Assembly (NCBI GenBank): GCA_964199315.1
Contig: OZ116709.1
Location: 8,370,001 to 8,434,000 of the forward strand
DNA length: 64,000 nt
Source of the DNA: Orbicella franksi
Taxonomy: Eukaryota
Reading direction: 5' to 3'
Part shown: piece by piece, positions 47,679 to 60,300 of the stretch
How positions within the stretch are numbered: the first letter of the stretch is position 1
Layout of the letters: each line of letters starts with the position of its first letter
Notes under the pieces: model-generated
Told to the model about the DNA's origin: nothing
Databases searched by the model: none
What the model saw: only the letters and a program-made list of their open reading frames with translations
Made by a program: the position numbers and the translations under genes

Positions 47679-49210
47679 TAGCCTGCGTAGCAAGCGTTTC
47701 CGTGGGGTTTGGTAGCAAAGAAAGACCGAGGAACGGGATTTTCGGTGTTTTGTCTGCGCGGAAAATGGGGCGAGAACCAAAGAAAAGAAGGAGGCGGGTG
47801 GGAGAGGGGAAGGAAGGAAACGCTTGCAGACAAACCCCTGGATTTTGAAAACCTCCGTTCGCCAGCGAACGGAGCTCGTGATTGGCTGGGCTAGTCCAAT
47901 GTTATTGACATGTGTCGATCAAAGGTATTTTAATACCTTTGAGTGCCAGACAAAATGGGAAGACGCGTTCGAAGCTTGGTTACAAAACGTTCTAACTATT
48001 CTCGCTGAACGAGGATTTAGTCGTCGGCTTCGACAGTACGTTAGAAATCCTGTAATGCAATGCCGACGCCTTGGGTTTTCGAAGCCTGTACATTATTGCA
48101 GAAGCAAGCGCGACACAATTTACAGCTGTTCCTTTAATTTTAACATCACTTTCTTGAATGCCACATGCGCCAAGGACAAGATAATAAACCACGGGACAGA
48201 AAATTAGCACTACTGCGTGGGAAAACTTAGTGATTTCGTCTGGCTTGTTACAAGGCAACATGTTGTCGTAGGTACTGCGACATTTCATTAGAAGCATTTT
48301 TGTTGACAGCATTCAGAACCTCTGGGTACAATTCTGAATGATTTGTTATAGTGTTAGCTGCGGCATGCCAGTTTTTGTCACATATTTGCCTTACCAAAAA
48401 TTTAGTCGTCTCGTCGCGGGGAATTCTTACGAGGACATTTTATAAACAACTTTGACTTGGCGGTCGCCTAGGGGAAGATTATCTTTATTCAGATACTGGT
48501 CAAGATTATCGTTATTTCTCCTCTCAGATGTTTGAAGCCTCTCCTGCCCAAATTCCAAAGTTTGCCGAGAAGACTTTCCGTTGTTTGTTTTTGTTGCAGC
48601 GATAACATTCGAACCGATTTGCGGATTTGGCGTTTCCAGCAAACGCTTCTTTACTTGAATTGCCTTTGTGAGAGTTGACTTGCTAATTTTACTTTGTATC
48701 GATTCCTGGACGAATGAATACAGTGATCCAAGATTTCGAATCATGCGAGCACAAGGATTACTAACGCGACTGGAATACTTCTCACAGTTTAACTTTCAGG
48801 CAGATTTGTGCTAAAACTTCACCCTTGCAGTCCTTCCTTTTAGACGGATTGAGTAGCTTGATTAAAAATTACCAAATTGAATTCATCGAGATTTCTCCGT
48901 TGCCACCGTGCGCTCGTTGTTTCAGACATATTTTGACAAGTAAAGTTTATTTTGGTTCAAAGTTCACTTCCGCTACGGAAGGCCGAAGATTTTATTGGTT
49001 AATTTATGACAGCCGATGACAGCACGAAATCTCAGTGTGCGCGCTCAGGCATGAAAGGCCAAGTGGGCGGTTTTCAAAATCCAGGGGTTTGTCTGCAAGC
49101 GTTTCCTTCCTTCCTTCCCCTCCCCCTCCCCCCTCTTTTACTCGCTCCATTTTTCGCGCTGTAATATTTTTTGCTCCCGAACATCACAGAAACGCTTGCT
49201 ACGCAGGCTA
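47679..49210 (-). mobile_element. Internally deleted Academ (AcademH-type) DNA transposon, 1532 bp
   Basis: Perfect 22-bp TIR TAGCCTGCGTAGCAAGCGTTTC, longer subterminal inverted repeats (ggaaggaaacgcttgcagacaaacccctggattttgaaaacc), and a perfect 9-bp TSD gtaacacga (47670-47678, 49211-49219). Minus-strand frameshifted transposase N-terminus: ...NWHAAANTI...ELYPEVL...KPDEITKFS...CPVVYYLV...ALASAIMYRLRKPKASALHYRISNVL. Confidence 0.85.
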
Positions 49211-51383
49211 GTAACACGAGGAAGTATGAAATTATTTCGATACTATTTTTCCATAAGTTTGAGTTAGCTGCACATCATTTGGTTCAAGTTAGCACTGTTG
49301 TGTTAACATCCCAAGTCTACACAATTTATTTGTCTGTAGCAGTTGAAGCCCTTCATCGCTTTTTTGGTCTTTTGCTGACGAGTTTGAAAGATGGATGAAG
49401 GATAGATGGCTCTCCCCACTCGATATTTTTGCTACCAACTTGGACCTGAGTAGTTGCCATCTTGGATTTCAACGGTCCGAGAAGGCATTGGAAACGATTC
49501 GAACATTACTGAAATTTTTACAAGTTAAAAAATTCACGGTTTTCCTGACTTTAGTCGGGAATGATGGAAACTCCATTTTGCTTGAAATCAGTGGCCCAAA
49601 CTTAAGGAAAAGAGTGGCTTTTATCGTGAGTATTTCTAACACTGTTCTCGCACATGAAACTCTAAACACGACATAAAGTAAAAGACAGGAGCCCATGACC
49701 ATGGGCTCCTGGTAAAGTACATTCTCCAAGTAATGTGCTCTTTCAGGTACACATTTTGGTACTGCATTTCACTGATTTGTTCAGTATTGTACCATTTAAA
49801 ACAAGAACTCCATAGGAGATCTTTATCTATTTAAAATTCACTTATTAAAAACAAAAAACAAAACTTTCTTACACGTGTTTTGAACTATTTATAACCGACT
49901 GTATACCTCACCTCGTGAACCGAAGAGCTGGAAGCATGTTCCGCGAAACTTAAGACTAAATTAAGATTTTCCATTCAAGATTTGCCTACATTGCAGTTTT
50001 GTTTAAAAAAGAAAAAAGTATTTGCCGCACTTTGTTTTGTCAGCGCAACCTTCAGAAAGCTTCACCTCACGAATAAACTGTAAACCTTTTCCCCTCACTA
50101 AAAATCAATTGGCTGCGTTTGGTTAAAATGTTTTCGTTTGCGTGTTATATACGCAGGAACTTTACTAGAAAGTGATCGATCTACCAGGAATTTTTAGGGA
50201 ATAAAAAAAAACTGGAGATTGCAATACGAAAGTTTTCAGTCCAATACTTTGTTTAACAAAAACAATATATTTCAAAAAATTTAAGGAGTTGCCCATCACT
50301 CTTAGTAACGAATTGTTTGCAAAACAAAAGGAAGTAAAGCAACACAAAATTTGAAGGTGAAGTCAAGGAGGGAAAATTCGAACAATTTTGTGTAAGTACC
50401 ACTTTGTTGTTTTTGCGTCGAAAAAGATTACCCAATCAGGCGTGAAATTAAATTTTGTTTCAACTGGTTTCGTTAAAAACCAGATCCGATATTTTCTGCC
50501 AATTATTCTCTACAGCAGGTCAAATATTTCTGTAACGACGTAATATAATAAATTCTGGGTTTTCACTGGCACCATTGCAAGGGAATGATTCATTAAAGCT
50601 GAAACAATGCACATCTTGTTAAAAATTTGAAAGCGGATATATCAGAACCACATTGGCGCGTATGAGTAACAAGGTCATGTTAGTCCAACATCTCCCTCGA
50701 GAGTTTTTTCCGGAAATCTAAACAACAAAGGTTTGCGGTGGAATTAGAATTACTATAAATATCTAAACAGTGCATTAGATGCCATCGTTGCGGTTTCCTC
50801 GCAAAAGACCACGAGATTTTTGTACACTTGTTCGAGAGGCCAGCTGTTTTAGTGTCTTAAAATATTTTGCATGAGAAAAGATTATCTGATAAACAATTAA
50901 GAATAATGGATTTTTAAATCTAACTGACTGGTAGTCATTTTCACTCGCATATGCTACCTGCAAGAGCGAAAAGGTTTCTGACAATTATTATAATAGCAGA
51001 GTCCGTTTGAACAATCCGTAGGCAGTTCAAAGGTTTCGACCGCAAAAATGTACGCTCTGGAAGCTCCCACACACAATTTATATTTGTCTTGAAGAAGGGT
51101 TAAATCTTAACCGGAAGCATACAAGGGATGTTTTATCCCAAATATCTTGTCATGCAAATAAACTCCCTGCCTTGCCCTGTCACGTTTGTTGTTACACTAT
51201 TGTTCTGGGCATGCCCAGTCAAGCGCGGCCATCCGGCCATGCAAAATTTATTCAAACAACAAAAAAACTCCTCGCAGCCCAGTCACAAAGTGCAGCCGTC
51301 GTGAGAGCAGGTAGTTTTGTAGCAGTAGACGATCAGACCAACTGTCGTCTTTGGTCAAACTTAAGAGGATTCACTGCAAAGAC

Positions 51384-54300
51384 ATGCCGGGATATCGGGC
51401 CTTTTTCGTTCCAGCGGTGAGCGAAAATTTATTATGCCGAATTTGTCATCTGCCTGTGCGAAACGCCGTTCAGGTGTCCGTTTGTGGACATCGATTTTGC
51501 GATTCTTGTCTCAATGGAGCATTCAGTAACACGAGGTAAGCAAAGACTGTTAATTTTCTTTTTGATCCTTGTCTCATTGATGCACTAAACGTAGGCTTAA
51601 GCAGGTGAACTTCTGCGGCAAGATCGGAAGTCTCGTTTTGTGACACTTCTGGAAGATTTGAAATGTCGCCACCGACAGCAAATTTGTCGATTTGTATGAG
51701 ATTTATTTTGGCGATCGGCACATATTTTTGCTTAGTTTCTTCTGCCAAGTGTGCTGTTTTTTACTTTCGGTGCCGTTCGTTCATTGTACAGGAAATTGTG
51801 TTTTCCTCGTGAACCGAATTTTGAAAAAAAATTGATAGAATGTGCAAATATTTTTACAAGCAATTTTATATCACTCAGGCTTCGCAGAGGGGTTCCCAGT
51901 AAAACATGCTCGTTTGTCTTAATTTTTCACGTAACTACATCCCCGTATTTATACACGAATCGATGATCGAGGAACGTTCTTGCACGACAGTTCGAAGTGA
52001 AAAGTAGCAATATGTGGCTTCTTGAACGAGTGTTGACTTGGAACATCGGCAGTTTTTGGACGGTTACAGCTGCGATCGTTAAATACAAAGGACCTATTCA
52101 CGACTTGTAAACATTCATTGTGTATAATTTTTCGAGACAGAGACCAAAAATTAGTGAACTTGCTTTACAAAGACCGCTAAATATACGAGAGAATATTTCA
52201 AGCAGTTAAATTAATGCAGGGGACGATCTTTAACAATACCGTTCACATGTTGTTTTACAAGCGCATATCCCCTCGAATCGATTTAATATTCCCTCGATTT
52301 GGAATGCTGCGAGAAATATTCTCGATTGTTTTAAGACTTCTGTAAACAATTTTACGTTTCTAGAATATTTTTGAAACTGAAACGCCAGCTAAGTCATTTT
52401 CCATGTCTTCAACTTTGACAGTGAACTTCGATTTCGAAGCATTATGTCTTCAAGGAGCTGAACTGTTACCGACAAAGTCACGAGATTCTCACTCTCCATT
52501 TAACCTGTTTTGTACAAAATTAGTACCGAAATTGAGAAGCTTTTAATACGTAAGAGGTTTACCCATTCAATATTTCTGACAGACAGAACAGTACTTGTTG
52601 TTATGACAGTAATAGTTGTCGAGAAGAATTTCCTTTCGCGAATGTACCAACTAGGGAAATATCTTAGATTGTTTAATCTTTTTTGCATTAGTGTTTTTCC
52701 AAAGTTTACATTCCACACCGTAGGCTGGTTGGCAACTTTTGTATTGTCATTTTTGGTGTAGAAACGAGAATTCGAAAGGTTTTTGATAGTGGGATTTTCA
52801 TGAAACCTCTGCCCAGGAAATTACGTATTTCGTTTTGTTTGTTGTTAGGTCTAGGGTTACAGAAAATCCCTTGCTTCCGATCTGCTGTGGGACCGATCAG
52901 CCTTTGTGATTCATGTGTTTGGTGACTCGTGTGTTAAAAATTTGGGAACTAATCCAGCAGGTCGAAAAGGTGGATTTTTTAAAACCCGATTTATTTTAAA
53001 AAAAAGCTGATGACTCTAAGAGGAGATATCATGGACATGTACCAGATTTTCATAGGATGAGCACTTGGAGTGAGTTAGGCGATTGTAACATTCTAGAATA
53101 TAAAAGATTATTGAGATCAATAACGGTTACAATAACATATGCATGTTAATTACACGAGCTTCGCTTTGGAAATGTGGTTTGTCGGACCAAACGATATTGT
53201 ACACAAAAAAATAACCTGTTGTCCACTCGGGCGGAAAGAGGAAAATTATCTCTCGCAGCCACGAGGTATTTCACACCTTATCCTACAAATTTTAAAAAAG
53301 GTAACTTTTAATTAGCAAGAAAGCCTCAATTCTTTGCAATGTTTACACAAAGAAATGCCATCTTGTCATATTTCATTTGGGCGGTGAGTCATACAGCCTG
53401 AGGTACTTAAGCGAGAGAAAGAGAAACGTGCGTGACATTGTGTGAAATCGACCTGATACGACGTTTGATTGTGGCTGTAATTGACAACTTTTCTGTTTTG
53501 AATATCTCGGTGACAAAGTCTGTGCCAAACTAATAGTTGAATCAACACTGAAGCTTGCTTTGAGTTTGCGAATGTCATGCTTAGCTGTTCTACACAATAT
53601 TCAACACATACAAGCGTTTTACAGAGTAAACGAACAAATGGCATCGAGTAAATACAAAACTTCCAACCGGAATTAAGCATATTTCTTTGCGTGCCGTCGT
53701 CTCGTAGAATCTTACCTTGCGTGAGCAATTAAACTGAAAAACTGCGATTAACCTTTAAGGAATTCGCGATAATGGTTATCTTGGCTTTTCGTTGCGTGAT
53801 CTATTGTTGTGTGTGCCAAAAATTGGGTTTGAATTGTTAAAATTGAGAAAAACCTTTTCGGGAAAATTCCCGCTTCGCTTGAATCATACATAGCTTTGTT
53901 TGCTCAATGGTTTACTTTTGACGTTGTCGGCTCCAGTGCTTTTTTCAAAACCGCGCTAATTTGCATTAAGAGATCTCGGAAAATTTTAATTTTGGCATGT
54001 TTAATTTTCTCCTCTGTGGTTTTAGCTTACGGGAATAAACAACGTTTGAAGTCCTGGGATGTTTGAAGAAGAAATATTTCTTAATACTTAAAAGGGAATT
54101 TGAAGATTGTACATGTCTGCAAAGGCCTTGGGAAACAACTTTAAAAAAAAAAAACATGGTTGGGTATTTTTATCCTCAAAAACCAAAGTGCAGTATTTGA
54201 ATCGATATAGGATTTCTGTCTCTTTATATTGCTTTTTTAAATGCTAATGCTGCTTATATTTTGTCTTGGTTTTGCTTGTACTTGAAGTGGCATAATAAAT

Positions 54301-57300
54301 AGGTTCTGTTAAGGAGTCATGATGAAGCCTCGTTGAAATGGGAGTGATGTTATGACTAAAAATACAATACACTCGGCAGGGTGATAGCTAATTGATATGG
54401 TAATTTACACCACACAATATTTTAAAAGAGAAATGAAATTAGGCTTTTTGCGGTTAACAGGGAAAAGATAAGCGAATCTGTGCTCGAATTGGATCGAGCA
54501 AAGCCGCTGGTGTTTGTTGTTTCGTTTTTAAACAATAATGTTCTGACATTTATACCGCTGTCTTGGCACTTTGTCAGCTTTTGACGGAAGTACACAAACT
54601 GAGAAACATTTTTGCGGAAAACAGTTGTCAAAGTAAATTTTCGCGTTGCATTCCAAGGATCGGGTTTGGGACAAAATCCCGCGGTACAAAATAAGCTAAT
54701 TAGATCAGTGGTGAACGGTTGAGTTCTTTGCTTTTATTTCTAAGTATTCATAATTATCTGGTGACGCCCAGTTTTCATTTGTCAAAAGAAAAATGATATG
54801 CTGAAAAGTCCTTCAATATCGCGTCGAGTGAAAATGCCTGTCAACTGCTTATCAGCCAGAAGCTGTAATGGTGATGTTTGGTGAAGCGGCGAGTAGTCGA
54901 CAAGTTCTCGCCTTTAATTGCAAACGGATCGCTTTGCAAACGTAGTTAATCAAATGCCTCGTCTTTATATTTGGATCGTTCCACCTTCCAGGCAAACGGC
55001 CCGGCTGCGATGTCCGGTTGATAGCTCCAGCATCGATTTGTCCCAGGTAAGGACTTGCTTATTTCAATAGTAGTATACTGCTTTAGAATGGTTTCCTACT
55101 GCCTGCTAAAATCGCATATGTTGCGACGGTTTTTAGAGTAAATGGAATGTTTATGGCGGCATTGATTGTTAAATGATAGCCGCTTTGACTTGTATGCCGC
55201 TAAAATCAACGATATACGAGAAGTACAAACGTGAACAACACTGCTGGGACTCCTGGAGACAGACAAACATGTCTGTTACATTCAAAGCTTTGTGAGCGTG
55301 CATTAGTCGTTCGTGTGTGTGCTGTTGTTAACAAAAAAATAAACTTACAACATACACTTCCTTGAGAACTAAGGACATGAAGTTCAAGGAAATCGAGGAA
55401 TTGTGGACGCAAGATTTTCGCCTTTGGCAATTTCATTTCATTTTAGCTTGGCCAACTGTATCAATAGTTTTCCTGTTCGTGAGAACGAGGGAGCGAAATG
55501 CAAATCAAGATTCAGCTTTCTTTGTGACATCAAAGGTTAGCGCCTCGATAAACATCTCAGTGGTGAAAACAGCACTGTTTTAGAGGTCGTTTTGCCGACG
55601 CTTCAACTCGCCTGGATTTATTCCTTATGGAATGATGTATCGGCTTTTGTGTCTGTCTGCGGGGTTTTATAATGGGGTACATTATGGGGGCTTAGTGCCC
55701 TGGCGCCCTGGTTATTGATCCCGCTGAAGATTAAAGCGGAATTTCTAGTGGCGTTTTACCAGTTCTTGTCGCATACTATCCAATAATTTGAGAGCTATAG
55801 TTAAGCATTCTGCGACTCAAGCCAACTAGATGTGATCGTGACCCCATGGCAACTTTAATTTGCGGGATGCTAAATTGGCTGCACCACCCGTGTAGATCAA
55901 GAACAAATTTAGTTATTCTCCCCGCAGGCTCCGAGCCACCCACCAAGGTTTTACGAAAATCGGTCTAAACATCCTTGTCATGAAAGACCGCGTTATATAT
56001 CACTCGCAGATACGTTTAAGCAGAAATATAATAGTAACTTTGTATTAGAAGATTGTGTTGTTCTGTTTATATCTTGCAAACGTGCGTAGAGACTAGAATG
56101 GATTCAAAGTCGTTCTCCGGGTCTTTTTCTTCTTTCATTGAAGACGGATCCCAGGGAACGAGTGGAGACAGTGTGTGGGAAATATTAAAACTGTGAAGAA
56201 AAGTCAAAGGAGCCACGTCACGGTTTGCGCATCTTGATAAGTTTAGCCTAAATTTTTCAAGTTTGTCGTTTGTAATCCGTGTTAATCTTCTCCATCCTAA
56301 ACCATCCTTGTTCCTTTATGGTTTAATGTATTATTTCTCTTCGGTGTTTTTTTTTTATCGTATTAAACTACTATTTTCAGCTTTCCTTCAATTTAAAGGT
56401 AATTTTGTACACGGCCAAAACAACTCAAAATACCGTGACTGAGCTCCTTTGAGTTAGCTTGTTACAGACAAGCATATGTCTTTCTTTCTTTCATACTGCG
56501 TCTGTCTGATTCCTTGTTGTGTTGTGTGACAGATTTACGCAGATGACGTGACAAATCAGATGATATTTTCACTGAATGTTTATTGCGATCATTACCAACT
56601 GGGTTGTAAATGGAAGGGACAGCTGAAGAAACTGGAGGTATGTTAGAAACCATTGATAACGTTTTCATTAGACAGGGAGAAGCACTTTAGCGTCCTCCCC
56701 CCCCCCCCCCCTCCAACGCCTAGGTGCGTAACTTTCGTAAGTACGCGTAGAGCGCGCTCTCCTCAAAATGAAGCGGTAGAAGGCCGCGTTCGAGCCTGGT
56801 GGCCCGTCCGGGCGGCAGGGTTATCCCCAGGCGTCTTATTAGCATTTCGAGACTAGGAGTATTTCTAATCCCCCCTGGATGAGATGCATCGTAGGGTTGC
56901 CAACCAGTATTAGATTCGTCCATTCTACCCGTGTCGATGAGGGAGGAACTGTGAGAGCATAGTGTTTTAGTTTGACCAAGAACACAACTAAATTACTCCA
57001 GCCCAAGCTTGATGCCGGACAGTTCGATGTGGAGTCCAGCGCGCTAAGCATTAAGTCACCACACCTCTGTCCCCTAAGCGGGTAAGGGTCGCCTCTCTTA
57101 TCGCTTCCACGTTTTAGGACTGTTACACAGGCTACGGGAAAGGAGCTTCCTGCTATAATTGGACAGTTGGCCTAATCCCTTCAACCCATTCTCGATACGG
57201 AAACGCCAAACTGGTAATAATCAACAATCGGATGGTTTAGAATAGAAGATTAGAGAGAATTCGAACGGATAATCTTTTAGGACTTAACGTTAAGAAAAGC

Positions 57301-60300
57301 CACTCGTCAAAAGCCGTTTTATATAATGATAGCTACTGAGATAGAGTTTCTCGGGGTGCGACAAGATTGCGTTACTCTATCATCTTTTAGGATCACATGG
57401 CCAATTGCAAGTACGCGATGGTGGATTGCATTGCGGGGTGTGGTCAAAAAGTTCAGCGAAGAAAGATCACGGACCATGTCAAGAAAGATTGCGTCAAGCG
57501 ATGGATGAAATGTCCTCGCTGCAAGAAGGAAACGACATTTGAGAAGCTGCAGGTGAGAGGAATTACTTGTTAATCGTAACTCTGCTATTTGGCTCCATTC
57601 TCCACTAAGCCCAACCCCCGCTTTTCTACTTGAAATTTATTAAGTCCCGCTTTTTTACCCCACCCCCCCCCCACCCTCTCCCTGACCTCTTTTCCTTCTG
57701 AAACAAAGAGTAAACGGCAGCCTGATGCTACCGTGCCAATCCAGGTGCGAAGTCATATAAAGTACTAAACCACTTACGTTACGTTTAGAACCATAACTGT
57801 CCAGCGACAAGGAGGAACCCGGATCAAGAAGTGGTGACGTGTAGCAATGGTTGCGGGGCTAGAATGAAACGACAGGACATGCCGCTACACCTGAGGAACG
57901 AGTGTTTACATCGATGGGTCTACTGCGAATACTGCTCGGTAGAGATTGTCTTCAAAGACAAACAGGTTAGTTTGTGATACTCTTACTCACACTGGGGAAT
58001 TTTAAATCACTCGTGAACGGTTTCAGCCTTAGAATTTCCTGGATGGGATTTTTGATAATTGCCTCAGAAAAACAAAATTTTACACAGTATTTTTTTTTAA
58101 GATTCTTTCTTTACGTCGAAATTTTCTCTCAGCAAAGAAGGCCGCAATGTTTATATATTCTTAGTTTTACGGCGACACGTTTATAGTTGAAGCCCGTTAT
58201 TTCGAACTCTCAGGGGCAACGAAAGGATGGTTCGAAATAACGGAAGTTCAAAATAACCGATAGTAGATGACTGAAAGACAAATCCAAAGGAAATGGTTTT
58301 GAGCTCGAAATAGCGGAGAATTAAAAATAATCGAGTTCGAATTAGCGGGGTCCAATGTAGTTCCTCTCTGTTATAGGAACACTTAAGGCGTTGTCGGCGT
58401 TCAGTGTCGCAAACTGATGAACCAGGCATAACAAGAGGCGGGAAGCGCCAGAGCATGCCCCATTCAGTCCGCTTCGACCCACGAGGCCTGCGCGGTGGTA
58501 ACCGTAGCAACAGCACGTCGCAGGAAGTCCTGGCTCCCAGCAGTCCCGCGCCACCCATGCGCTCCGCCTCGTTTCCAGCCTTCCTCAATTACGTTGGCCG
58601 CGAGGAAGTTGCAAGCGAGGTGGTGTATCGCGACTCGGAGCGAACCAGAGCGAACACCACGAGTCAAATGGAGGATGAAAGAGAGACCGACATTTTCACG
58701 TGCACGTGTGGACAGAGAATATCACGTGGTCAAATCACAAGTCACATGTCAGAGGAGTGTCCAAGGAGATTGACTAAATGTCAGTATTGCCGCGCGCAAG
58801 TCAAGTTTGAAGATATGCAGGTAGGTTGTTGTAATTTTTATTTAACGTTCATTTACGAAAGTACGTTATACTCTCAGATATTCCTCAGTTTTTTGTTTCG
58901 TAAAAGCTCTTTTATTCCAGCATTTGTCCCTTGGAGTGTTGATAAAGGGCCTCCAAACAAACCGCTTTTAGTCTTTGAGGTTAATCGACTAACATCCATG
59001 ACGTCTTTCTAACCTCCCCAGCAACTCACCCGTCTTTGTGTTATACCAGAATATGAAGTTTAGAGTTTGTTTTTCATTAATTTTTTCAGAGCCATCTTCA
59101 AGTGTGCCGTCGATTTCCTCTGAGCTGTCCAAACAGCTGTGGTGTATCTCAAATACCGCGAGAAGAGGTTAGCAGCGTTATATTCCAATAGAAAATTGTT
59201 CCAGAGACGCACTCCTCAGCGCCAGTTTCTGTAACATGAAGAGACTAGAAGCATTGGCACTGTACTCTCCCTGACGGGATGCTCGTCAATAGGCCATGTT
59301 CGTATTCTCGGTATTGGACTGGAACTAGCTTGCAGTGGAGGCTCATGCGGGGAAATGTCATTAAAAAGAGATTAATGTCATTTGCATTTGAAAAGACCCC
59401 CGCATAGCCTCAGTTGCAAGCTAGTTCCAGTCCAATACAGAGAATACGTAAAGGGTGTACTACCTGTTATTACGGTCAACTTCGTTCCCAGGGTCTCTCT
59501 GGCAACAAGGTTGCATTATACCTGTGGCCTGGCAGTGTCGTTACATTGCCACTCAACCCCACTGCTCTTGTAAAGTAATTAATCAACTAGCGGTTTTTTT
59601 TTTAATTTCAGGTGGATCGTCATCTTTCACACGACTGTCGCTCAAATCTAATTCACTGTCCGTTTAAGCATGTTGGCTGTCAACACCAAGTAAGTCTTCA
59701 TTCATTTCCCACGCGATTTAGTTGTGAAAATAAAAATTTAGTTTCATAAAACTTTCCAGGTGATTTGCCACTCTCAACTATCTAATTTTTCAGCTAATCA
59801 AACAGTGTAAATTATTTTCGAACCTCCCAGTAACTTAGCTTTAGCGGAACGCGCATATAAGGCCCCTTGACGTAACCACGTCAAGCTCCAAAAAACCCGG
59901 AAACAATCACAATTGCTTCTGAAGTGCGTTTTGGAAAACACAAAAGGTTCGAAAAATGTTACGAGGGTAATTGCAGTTTCATTATGGAAACAGCATTCTA
60001 AGTTCCTTGTCTGTTTTTTCGCAGTGTCCGCAACGAAGCCTTGCACAACATCTTGAAGATGGCATGAAGAAACATCTTGAACTCGTGTCACAGCTCGCTA
60101 TTGATCAACAACAAGAGATCAACGAACTACGAGAAATTGTTAAACATTACAAACCGTTTACCGACAGTAAGCTTTACTGGCGAGTGGACGACTTTTGGAA
60201 GAAATTCGAAGACGCAAAACACAAAACCGGCGTGGAGTTGCACAGCCCGCCATTTTACACCAGTCCTTATGGGTACAAGTTTAAAATCGTGATGTTTCCC

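Noticed and set aside
52997-53030. Second hammerhead candidate (ctgatga ctctaagag...)
   Set aside because: No GAAA after the putative stem II and no stem I/III pairing.
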